The position numbers and the translations under genes were made by a program. Positions 55,406 to 63,276 of a DNA stretch of 64,000 bases are shown piece by piece (within the stretch, counting starts at the first letter, position 1; every line of letters begins with the position of its first letter). The notes under the pieces are model-generated. The model did no database searches. It was given only the letters and a program-made list of their open reading frames with translations, and was not told the origin of the DNA. Where the stretch lies: positions 253,494-317,493 of IMG/VR virus record IMGVR_UViG_3300037882_001770; one strand, given 5' to 3'.

Positions 55406-55426
55406 TCTAGGAGATAAATAAAACTA

Positions 55427-55532
55427 GCAACGCCGGGTCCCGACGTCGGAATTAACTGACGCTTACAGTAGATACTGTTTTACTAGTGTGATACACTAGA
55501 ACGCCAGCCGTAGCAGAATTGTTCTGCAAGCA
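55427..55532 (+). ncRNA. Structured leader motif, copy 2 (candidate riboswitch)
   Basis: After ATAAATA; same linkers as copy 1 with different but still pairing stems. Confidence 0.65.
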
Positions 55533-55561
55533 ACAAATTAAATTAAACAGGAGTTCATTAA

Positions 55562-56518
55562 ATGAGCAAAACTACTAAAATCCGTTGGGTAATCGCACAC
55601 GAGCCATTGAGCCTTTTTGTACGTGCGGCGCATGATTTTGAAAAAGAAATCAACGCTCAACAAACAGCAGAAAAAATTGAAATTGAAGTAATGACACTGA
55701 GCGAATACAGTGCCAAATATAACAACGGTGTTATGGTCACCAAACACGATTTGTTAGATTTGATGGAACAGGGCAAAATTGAAATGAGCCAAATGTACAC
55801 CACTTGGTTGGCTGAACATTATGAAAATGATTTCTTGGCTTTTGAAATGCCTTACATTTTCAGCGATCACGAGCATGCTAGCCGTGTGTTGGAAGGCGAA
55901 GTTGGTGAAACACTATTGGCCAAACTCACAGACAACAGCAATGTACGTGGACTTGCTTACACATACTCAGGCGGTTTCCGTTGTTTGGGTGTAAACAAGC
56001 CAGTGAGCACCCTAGCTGATTTAACTGGTGAAAAACTACGTTCAAACCGTAACCCGGTGGGCCGTGCAGTGATCCGCACTATGAGTGGTGTTGAGCCATT
56101 TATTTGCGAAACTGAAGAAGCACGGGAACACGTTGCTCGTGGTGATTGCAACGGCAATGACACAGTTTACAGCCGTATCTATCCATTGAGCCAAAATGAC
56201 GTAATTCAGTCAGTGGTAGACAGCAAGCACAGCTTGTTCCTGACCACAATGATCATTGGTGATCGCTTCTGGGACAGCCTCAGCTCAGAAGTACGTGCTG
56301 TGATCAAGACGGCTGCTATCCAAGCTGGTCGCAACGAAAGAACCACTACCATTGAAGATGGTCAGCAAGCTCGCGCTCGTTTATTAAGCGAAGGCAAGAC
56401 AGTGTATGAGCCTACCGCAGAAGAAACAGCGGCAATGAAAGCTCGCATGCAGGTAGTATATGATGAATTTGAAAATTCATTTAGCGACAATCTAATCAAT
56501 CGTATTAAAACAGCCTAA
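55562..56518 (+). CDS. TRAP transporter solute-binding protein DctP-like (no signal peptide)
   Basis: FEMPYIF, GFR, DLTGEKLR, FWDSLS motifs; AGGAG RBS. Confidence 0.8.
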   Translation: MSKTTKIRWVIAHEPLSLFVRAAHDFEKEINAQQTAEKIEIEVMTLSEYSAKYNNGVMVTKHDLLDLMEQGKIEMSQMYTTWLAEHYENDFLAFEMPYIFSDHEHASRVLEGEVGETLLAKLTDNSNVRGLAYTYSGGFRCLGVNKPVSTLADLTGEKLRSNRNPVGRAVIRTMSGVEPFICETEEAREHVARGDCNGNDTVYSRIYPLSQNDVIQSVVDSKHSLFLTTMIIGDRFWDSLSSEVRAVIKTAAIQAGRNERTTTIEDGQQARARLLSEGKTVYEPTAEETAAMKARMQVVYDEFENSFSDNLINRIKTA

Positions 56519-56536
56519 TTGGCATGAAGTATCAAT

Positions 56537-56569
56537 AAAACAAGCACTGCTGGTCAGTGCTTGTTTTTT
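56537..56569 (+). terminator. Intrinsic terminator
   Basis: AAAACAAGCACTG / CAGTGCTTGTTTT stem with T-tract. Confidence 0.8.
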
Positions 56570-56635
56570 GTCATAAATTATGGCACTGCTGGTTGCGCCA
56601 TTAAATAGTAATATCATCTTTATTCTTTTTCCATT

Positions 56636-57919
56636 ATGAATTCATCTAAATCTTCTACTACACGTACAGTAGCGGCCAGCACCGTCGGCACCATTTTTGA
56701 ATGGTACGACTTTGTTATTTTTGGCTTGGCCACTGTGTTGGTTTTTAATAAACTATTTTTTCCCAATATAGATCCAGCATTGGCCTTGGTAGTTTCAATG
56801 TTGGCCTATGCTGTGGGCATTGTGGCCAGACCCTTGGGTGGCCTAATTTACGGTGCCATCGGCGATCGCTACGGGCGCCGACGCATGTTGGTGGCCACCA
56901 TGCTGATCATGGGTGCCAGTACCTTTGCTATAGGTCTGTTGCCTACCTATAGCACCATTGGCGTATGGGCTCCTATCATGCTAATTGTGCTGCGTATTGT
57001 ACAGGGCATTGGCATCGGCGGTGAATGGGGCGGAGCCAGTGTGATGATTCAAGAATCTGCACCAGATCATCAGCGTGGCTTTTATGCCAGTTTTATACAG
57101 ACCGGACTACCTGCGGGCATGCTGATGGCATCGGGTGTGTTTGCTGCGTTGACCACTGTGTTGACCGAAGCTGAATTCCTAAGCTGGGGATGGCGTATTC
57201 CATTCTTATTGAGTGCAGTGTTGGTGCTGATAGGCACAGCAATTCGTTATCAAATTCCAGAAACTCCGGTCTTTTTAGCCATGAAAAATGTTTCTAAGTC
57301 GCCCATACGCGATCTTTTTGTCAAGCATCCCAAGACCTTGTTAAAAGGCATCGGTCTTAAAATAACAGAAAGTGTGTGGTTCTTTATAGTCACAGGATTT
57401 ATAGTAGGCTATGCTGTTACCAATTTTGCTATACCTCGTGGAGATCTTTTAAAGATAATCATGGTCAGCAATGCCATCAGTATAGTGTGGGCCCTGGCCA
57501 TGGGCTATCTGTCAGACCAGATAGGTCGCAGAGCCATTTTCTTTTTTGGTGCGGCATTTACTGTCGTAATGCCATTTCCTATCTTTTACTTGGTCAGCAC
57601 CGGAGATTTTTATCTAATTGCAGTGGCCATGATTGCGGGGCAATGCATTGGCAGTACCACTATGTTTGCTGTGTTGAGCTCGTATCTACCTGAAATATTC
57701 CCAGCTGAAGTTCGTAGCACAGGAGCCAGCTTGAGTTTTCAAATAGGAGCAGCCATAACCGGAGGCCTGGTACCGGTATTAGCGGCCTGGGCGGTGGGTG
57801 TTTGGGGCACCAATTATGCAGTGTCCTTATTGATGATGCTGTTTGGCTTGATCACATTTGTCACTGTGCTCAATACCAAAGAAACTTATCAAACATCAAT
57901 GACGCAATTAAATGATTAA
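56636..57919 (+). CDS. MFS transporter, metabolite:H+ symporter (MHS) family
   Basis: EWYDF, RPLGG, GDRYGRR, GGEWGG, WGWRIPF, PETP motifs. Confidence 0.9.
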   Translation: MNSSKSSTTRTVAASTVGTIFEWYDFVIFGLATVLVFNKLFFPNIDPALALVVSMLAYAVGIVARPLGGLIYGAIGDRYGRRRMLVATMLIMGASTFAIGLLPTYSTIGVWAPIMLIVLRIVQGIGIGGEWGGASVMIQESAPDHQRGFYASFIQTGLPAGMLMASGVFAALTTVLTEAEFLSWGWRIPFLLSAVLVLIGTAIRYQIPETPVFLAMKNVSKSPIRDLFVKHPKTLLKGIGLKITESVWFFIVTGFIVGYAVTNFAIPRGDLLKIIMVSNAISIVWALAMGYLSDQIGRRAIFFFGAAFTVVMPFPIFYLVSTGDFYLIAVAMIAGQCIGSTTMFAVLSSYLPEIFPAEVRSTGASLSFQIGAAITGGLVPVLAAWAVGVWGTNYAVSLLMMLFGLITFVTVLNTKETYQTSMTQLND

Positions 57920-58742
57920 TACCTTTGCAGATAAACCTGAATTCATTGGTACAGATCCTAGACAGCGTAGACCTGCCCATTGGCAATACACTGTGACCGC
58001 TGAATTAATGACTCAGCGTCATGATGTGTTTTTTAAAAAGGCCCAGTTGGCAGGCGCCAGAGTATTGGACCTGGGATCGTGTTGTGCAGCCACTGGCGCA
58101 TGGGTGTTAGATCGTGGTGCAGATCACTATACCGGAGTTGAATTACAAGAAAAATTCGTTGCCAGTGCTAGAAACAATTTACAACAGTATTATCCAGCCG
58201 ATCGCTGGAGCATAGTACAAAGTGATCTAGAACAGTACATAGACCGTTGTGAACAGGAGTTTGACGTAGTGTTACTGGCCGGTGTGTTACACTGTTTGTT
58301 TGATTATCATAAAATACTGCGCAAATTGACCAGTATTTCACAACAGATCATCATTGAATGTTTCCACCCGTATAATGGTCTTCGAGATCTTTATCCAGAA
58401 CTTGACAATGATCAGCGTTATGCATTGTGTCAGCAGTTGAGTCTGGCCCAGATAGCGGCTGAAACCGGCACCGCAGGTGAAAATGGTGGCAGTTGGGTAT
58501 TTGACGGAGTCAGACTCAGCATGGCTGCCACGCAAAATGTGTTTGGATATTTGGGTTGGCAAACCGATTTAGAATTGAATGATTATGCCATAGCTCAATT
58601 GCCCGAAGTATACAGCATGGCCACTCCCAGCTACTGCCCTAGATATGTGGTACAGGCGGTCCCGGGCCAACGCACTGTGTTTGAATTTGCCGACGGCTAT
58701 GCCGATCCTAAACAAAGCAATTATGAATACAAAAACTGGTAG
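57912..58742 (+). CDS. Class I SAM-dependent methyltransferase
   Basis: VLDLGS, GVE, FDVV..AGVLH. Confidence 0.75.
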   Translation: MINTFADKPEFIGTDPRQRRPAHWQYTVTAELMTQRHDVFFKKAQLAGARVLDLGSCCAATGAWVLDRGADHYTGVELQEKFVASARNNLQQYYPADRWSIVQSDLEQYIDRCEQEFDVVLLAGVLHCLFDYHKILRKLTSISQQIIIECFHPYNGLRDLYPELDNDQRYALCQQLSLAQIAAETGTAGENGGSWVFDGVRLSMAATQNVFGYLGWQTDLELNDYAIAQLPEVYSMATPSYCPRYVVQAVPGQRTVFEFADGYADPKQSNYEYKNW

Positions 58743-59361
58743 TTGGCAATTTGACGCAGGGGTGGCCAGCACGTTTGTTGCACATGCTCGCCAACACATA
58801 CCCAACTATGATCTGGTCATCAACAAATGTGTGGACTTGGTCAACAATAAGTTAGGACAGTTTGATCGCATAATTGATGTGGGATGTGCCACTGGTGAAA
58901 CCATTCGTAGATTGCATACAGCTGGCTTTTTGAATTTGACCGGTGTAGAAGCCAGTGCAGCCATGCTGAGTCACTGTGATCGTAACATTGCTAGACTTAT
59001 CCACAGCGATCGTTTTCCGCAGGAAACCTTTGATGCTGTGCTTTGCAATTGGACCTTGCATTTTGTTCCGGACAAAATGAAATATCTTGCGGATATCTAT
59101 GCCAATTTGTCCAAATCGGGCTTTATGGTTCTAAGCGACAAAACCAGTTTGGATCCTGTCTGCATCGATCATTATCATAAATGGAAACACAGTCAAGGTG
59201 TTGCTTGGCCCGACATCTTGGCCAAAGAAGCCGCAGTAAAAGGAATTATGTATATAGACTCGCCTGAGTGGTATATAAATGCACTGACACAAGTGGGATT
59301 CAGCAACGTTCGAATAATTGATGCCAGCTGGTGTTTTACAACCTTTTTATGCACAAAATGA
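58723..59361 (+). CDS. CmoA-like SAM-dependent methyltransferase
   Basis: WQFD..VA..F..H..QHIPNY, DVGCATG, NWTLHF, LSDK. Confidence 0.7.
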   Translation: MNTKTGSWQFDAGVASTFVAHARQHIPNYDLVINKCVDLVNNKLGQFDRIIDVGCATGETIRRLHTAGFLNLTGVEASAAMLSHCDRNIARLIHSDRFPQETFDAVLCNWTLHFVPDKMKYLADIYANLSKSGFMVLSDKTSLDPVCIDHYHKWKHSQGVAWPDILAKEAAVKGIMYIDSPEWYINALTQVGFSNVRIIDASWCFTTFLCTK

Positions 59362-60476
59362 TCAAACCCTTTTATGCCTACGGTTATTATCAAGTGGGCC
59401 ATAATGATTATGTCAAAAAGACCGACGCACTAGTTGCGGCTACAAAAAGTCGGTTGCCAGTACACTGGAACTTTCACGACGATGTTTATTCAGCAGCTGA
59501 TTGGACTCGGCGGCCAGCAGGCACTCTTAAAGACCTGTACCGCATCAGAGCACAACAACTGCGTGATCGTTACGACTATATTGTGATTCATTTCAGCGGT
59601 GGCGCAGACTCCTGGACTGTGCTCAACAGTTTTTTAAGCAACAACATACCGGTAGACGAAGTGTACACACGCTGGGCCAGAGCTGAACGCAAATACACAA
59701 AGGCCAATGCAGCAGATCGTAGAGAATGCAATTTAAGCAGTGAATACGAGTATGCCACCGAGCCAGTATTAAAAGAAATACAAAAGAAATTCCCCAATAC
59801 TCGCATACATGTGGATGATTATTCAGATGCTTACACAAAAGAAGTAAATGAAAAGACCTTAGAGACCAGCAGTCATTATATCACCATGGGCACCTTTCAT
59901 AGATTTACTAGAAAATCACCAGGTGAATTGGCTGCAGTGGCTGCCGGCAAACGTGTGGGAGTGATCTACGGTTTTGACAAGATACAGTGTAATCTAACAC
60001 AGGGCCGATTCAGTGCGTATTTTGTAGATCGTTTTGGCAGTACCGACATTGATCCTGAGCGCACACAGGAAGGATTTTATTGGACACCAGACCTGTCAGA
60101 AATTCCCATCATGCAGGCACATGATTTACGCTTGTATTATCAGACCATTGTGGATCGCGTACAGAGTCGACAACTGAACCCACGCGAATGCTTTATACGT
60201 ACCTGCTATGCCGATTACAATTTAAACACATTTCAAGTGGAAAAACCTCTGGGCAGCAAGGTCTGGGCCAGTGAACAGTGGATTCAAAAGTACAATCCAC
60301 GCTATGCAGAATCCTGGGAATGGGCCCTGGGTCAATATACCCACAACATTGACAATGCATATTATGAGTTTTTTGGCAACAAGATCAAACTGGGCTACAA
60401 GACCATGCGTAGTCCGCTGTACTATGTGGGGCCCATTGCAGGTGCAGAACAGTTGAATTTTGAGTTTTCACACTGA
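59358..60476 (+). CDS. PP-loop (adenine nucleotide alpha hydrolase-like) protein
   Basis: FSGGADS; LY..RA.QLR..YDYI shared with 51932-53116. Confidence 0.65.
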   Translation: MIKPFYAYGYYQVGHNDYVKKTDALVAATKSRLPVHWNFHDDVYSAADWTRRPAGTLKDLYRIRAQQLRDRYDYIVIHFSGGADSWTVLNSFLSNNIPVDEVYTRWARAERKYTKANAADRRECNLSSEYEYATEPVLKEIQKKFPNTRIHVDDYSDAYTKEVNEKTLETSSHYITMGTFHRFTRKSPGELAAVAAGKRVGVIYGFDKIQCNLTQGRFSAYFVDRFGSTDIDPERTQEGFYWTPDLSEIPIMQAHDLRLYYQTIVDRVQSRQLNPRECFIRTCYADYNLNTFQVEKPLGSKVWASEQWIQKYNPRYAESWEWALGQYTHNIDNAYYEFFGNKIKLGYKTMRSPLYYVGPIAGAEQLNFEFSH

Positions 60477-60502
60477 GTTTTTGTTATTGTATTAAATACA
60501 GT

Positions 60503-60673
60503 ATGGAACAGAACAAAAAACCCGTAGACAAGTTTTTTTACTCTGCCAAAGAGTGGGACCGTTTGGGCTGTGGCCCGTTGCCGACAGAACGTGATCGCGG
60601 TCAAATACATCAAGACGCTCATGCAAAAGGTAATCCTAAGATTGACGGCAAAGCTGTAAAAGGGTATAATTAA
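60503..60673 (+). CDS. Small hypothetical protein (56 aa, not in ORF track)
   Basis: ATG 4 nt after TAAATA; MEQNKKPVDKFFYSAKEWDRLGCGPLP... Confidence 0.5.
   Translation: MEQNKKPVDKFFYSAKEWDRLGCGPLPTERDRGQIHQDAHAKGNPKIDGKAVKGYN
60642..60670 (+). promoter_or_regulatory. Sigma70-like promoter for tmRNA
   Basis: TTGACG-N17-TATAAT. Confidence 0.65.
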
Positions 60674-60748
60674 CTTAGTTTTGCATTTTGATCAAAATGC
60701 ATGGTGGGTCGGACTGTTAGAATGTAGTAGTAAAGAATTGTTGTAATT

Positions 60749-61095
60749 CCTTCGTAGTGAAGGCGTTGTGGACCCGGGTTCGATTCCCGGCAGGTCCACC
60801 ATAAGGAGATTGACATGGATCAAGAAGCTGTATTAGTAGTCGCATTTCTACTGATAGGACTATTGTTTGTCTTTTTATGATGGGCCTGACATGGTCTCGA
60901 CATGGCGAGATAGCGAAAGAGGCAACACAGTAGGCGATGACTGTAAATCAAGCAAATTATGTAAATGCAAAAACATCTACAGGCGAAACTACTGTATCAG
61001 GTAAGAACATCAAGTTCTCTGCTCGTACAGCACAACGCCAATCATTAGCAGTTTAATCACTGCTTAGGGTAATTATACCTCGTAACAGAAAATAG
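60749..61095 (+). ncRNA. ssrA: Permuted (two-piece) tmRNA; outer ends approximate
   Basis: T-arm CCGGG-TTCGATT-CCCGG and CAGGTCC-A-CCA (ends 60801) precede 5' strand GGGCCTG (60882); 7-bp acceptor stem with G3:U70; CATGGCG/CGTTGTG helix; tag frame 60967-61056 starts GCA and ends LAV-stop. Confidence 0.88.
60815..60880 (+). CDS. 21-aa hydrophobic peptide ORF in tmRNA intervening segment
   Basis: TAAGGAG SD; MDQEAVLVVAFLLIGLLFVFL. Confidence 0.45.
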   Translation: MDQEAVLVVAFLLIGLLFVFL

Positions 61096-61096
61096 T

Positions 61097-61123
61097 AGAA
61101 CCCGCTTCGGCGGGTTTCTTTTT
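61097..61123 (+). terminator. Intrinsic terminator after tmRNA
   Basis: AACCCGC-TTCG-GCGGGTT plus T-tract. Confidence 0.85.
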
Positions 61124-61154
61124 GGCAAATTAAAATATCATGGTAAGTAAACGC

Positions 61155-61961
61155 ATGATCGATATTATTACTGTTGTGTTTCGAGAAGAATTGGATGTAT
61201 TACGATTGCAGGCCCGCAGCATCGAACTGTATTGTCACAGTGCCGATTTGGGTCGTATATATGTTGTGGTCAATGATGCCACCGTAGACACCAGTGAAAT
61301 TGATTTGGCCTGGTGGGGCACTTTACGTGATCGGGTCACAGTGGTGCATAGGGCTGCTTGGCCCGTGGCGTATGCAGAAAATGGCTGGCTAACACAACAG
61401 CTATTAAAGTTAATGGCCACTGAATTATGCACCAGTACTTGGAGCATGGTATTGGATGCCAAAACTATATTTGTTAAACCTGTTGCACCTGTAGCCGATT
61501 GCCCCGTGGTGGGCATATTGGATATCTATCCGGTGTTTGATGTAAGTCGCCAACGTGTAAATGAGTTGTTTGGCGTAGAATTAACTCAGCAATTAGGACC
61601 CGGCGGTGTGCCTTTTATTTTGAATAATGCGTTGACTCTCGAATTAATGAGTGAAGTTGCTGTGAGAACCAACCAATCATTTGATCAATGGTTTCAAGCG
61701 CAAGGAATGGTGACAGAATTTATTCTTTATTCTGGATATGTGCTTTACAAGTTTGGGTCATTTGATGTCATTTACAACACCGACGATATTGCTGTTAAAC
61801 CTTGTAATCTGTGTCACAGCGAAGTGGCCAGTTTTGGACGCAAGTTTGCAGAGATGCAGCACAGTACCACAGTCAGTGTACATCGACGTGCTTGGGAACA
61901 ACTGACGTCACAACAACAACACACCTATACACAATTTCTCGCGGCCAGAGGCATCGAATGA
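61155..61961 (+). CDS. Glycosyltransferase-like protein (DUF6492-like)
   Basis: GWLTQQLLKL, VLDAK, TEFILY motifs. Confidence 0.55.
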   Translation: MIDIITVVFREELDVLRLQARSIELYCHSADLGRIYVVVNDATVDTSEIDLAWWGTLRDRVTVVHRAAWPVAYAENGWLTQQLLKLMATELCTSTWSMVLDAKTIFVKPVAPVADCPVVGILDIYPVFDVSRQRVNELFGVELTQQLGPGGVPFILNNALTLELMSEVAVRTNQSFDQWFQAQGMVTEFILYSGYVLYKFGSFDVIYNTDDIAVKPCNLCHSEVASFGRKFAEMQHSTTVSVHRRAWEQLTSQQQHTYTQFLAARGIE

Positions 61962-62464
61962 AAGCAATGGCCATGGTAGCACATCCAGACGATTGTGTGA
62001 TCTTTGCCTACAGCTACATACACAATCATCCTGAATATTCCTGGACTGTGTGCTACTTGACCTACACAGCTGAATCTGATCGCGGCAAAGAATTTGTTGA
62101 ATTCTGGCAGAAAAGAAATGTAGCTACCAAATTTTTAGGCTATGCTGATCAATGGAATCATGAACAGAATTGTCCGGGCACAATTGATGACGTTTCGGCC
62201 ACACGACACATACAGCAGGCCATTCTAGATCAAGATCTAGTGCTGACTCACAATGCACAAGGCGAGTACGGACATCCGCATCATGTCATGATCAACCGTG
62301 CCACAGCACAGCATCCACACCGAATTACCTTTGCTAACTTTGGGCAGGGCAATGCTCGATATTCTGTAGAATCTGGAGCATATGATTTAAATGAATTTCC
62401 ACTGCATCGAGACATAGTCGAGCAGTTTCATAAACACACACATGTTAACGAGTACACAGTATGA
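61958..62464 (+). CDS. PIG-L/LmbE-family deacetylase-like protein
   Basis: AHPDD and THNAQGEYGHPHH. Confidence 0.75.
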   Translation: MKAMAMVAHPDDCVIFAYSYIHNHPEYSWTVCYLTYTAESDRGKEFVEFWQKRNVATKFLGYADQWNHEQNCPGTIDDVSATRHIQQAILDQDLVLTHNAQGEYGHPHHVMINRATAQHPHRITFANFGQGNARYSVESGAYDLNEFPLHRDIVEQFHKHTHVNEYTV

Positions 62465-63276
62465 AGAAAAAATTAATGGTAGCTGGTTGCAGTTATTCAG
62501 CAAAGAGCTTGACACATCCGGGTACCAGTTGGAGCGAACAGCTGGCCGAACGTCTAGGGTGGGATTTGATTAATTTGGCGCGGCAGGGTTGCAGCAACGG
62601 TGGCGTTAGAATACAAATGGAAGAAATACGACGCCAACGCCCCGACTTTGCGATCATTGTTCCCACCAGTTGGGATCGCATAGAGATACCTGCCACTGCC
62701 GCACCATTTGATTGGGCCCAACCAGCAGGGCACTGGGCACCACCATTGGAAACACATCTGCGTAACAAGGACATAAAAAATGGCTATGATCGGGCAGACG
62801 GCATAGACAATGTCAACTACGGCAACAACAACTACAACATGATCTGTGAAACCATTTTTAGCCTGGCACACAACTACCCAAATCGCTGGCGCAGCGGACG
62901 CATCAGTCGGGATACACAGACCGCAGTCAAACACTGGATTGACAGCATGTATGACGCCAACTGGAAGCAACAACAGGATGAATGGATCATAATGGAAGGC
63001 GTTGTACAGATGTTTTCAGATGACCTAAACTTTTTGATCACAGCCGGCATGTTGTGGTTACCTGCCAACTCAGTGCGCTGGCGCGAGCTGTTTCCTAAAA
63101 TGATACCAGATGAATATATCTGGTTGGATCGCATGCGCAGTCATCAAACAGCCTGTGCCGCACATCCTATTGTGGGTGATGACGATCCTGGATATCACGG
63201 TAGTCCGGCCAGCCAAACACTGATAGCTGACTGGTACTACGAGCATATTATAAAGGTGTTAGGCCAGGAGGGCTAG
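62461..63276 (+). CDS. SGNH-hydrolase-like protein
   Basis: AGCSYS, NLARQGCSN, DPGYH. Confidence 0.6.
   Translation: MKKKLMVAGCSYSAKSLTHPGTSWSEQLAERLGWDLINLARQGCSNGGVRIQMEEIRRQRPDFAIIVPTSWDRIEIPATAAPFDWAQPAGHWAPPLETHLRNKDIKNGYDRADGIDNVNYGNNNYNMICETIFSLAHNYPNRWRSGRISRDTQTAVKHWIDSMYDANWKQQQDEWIIMEGVVQMFSDDLNFLITAGMLWLPANSVRWRELFPKMIPDEYIWLDRMRSHQTACAAHPIVGDDDPGYHGSPASQTLIADWYYEHIIKVLGQEG

Noticed and set aside
54434-55532. Guanidine-II (mini-ykkC) riboswitch or CRISPR repeat
   Set aside because: ACG words are not in tandem ACGR tetraloop hairpins; only two copies 1 kb apart, separated by a gene, with no spacer array.
56544-56601. 11-nt direct repeat GCACTGCTGGT as an antiterminator
   Set aside because: The second copy lies downstream of the terminator T-tract, so it cannot act co-transcriptionally; likely a local duplication.
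51932-60476. Calling the SGGxDS proteins QueC
   Set aside because: They are ~370-400 aa and lack the C-terminal CxxCxxC zinc motif of QueC; only the generic PP-loop is shared.
60771-60801. Stand-alone tRNA gene
   Set aside because: Only a T-arm and 3' acceptor strand are present; no upstream D or anticodon arms. The matching 5' strand lies downstream, which fits permuted tmRNA.
257-63134. Numerous minus-strand and alternate-frame ORFs in the track
   Set aside because: They shadow well-supported + strand genes and lack motifs or RBS; only the embedded lipoprotein (372-548) was kept.
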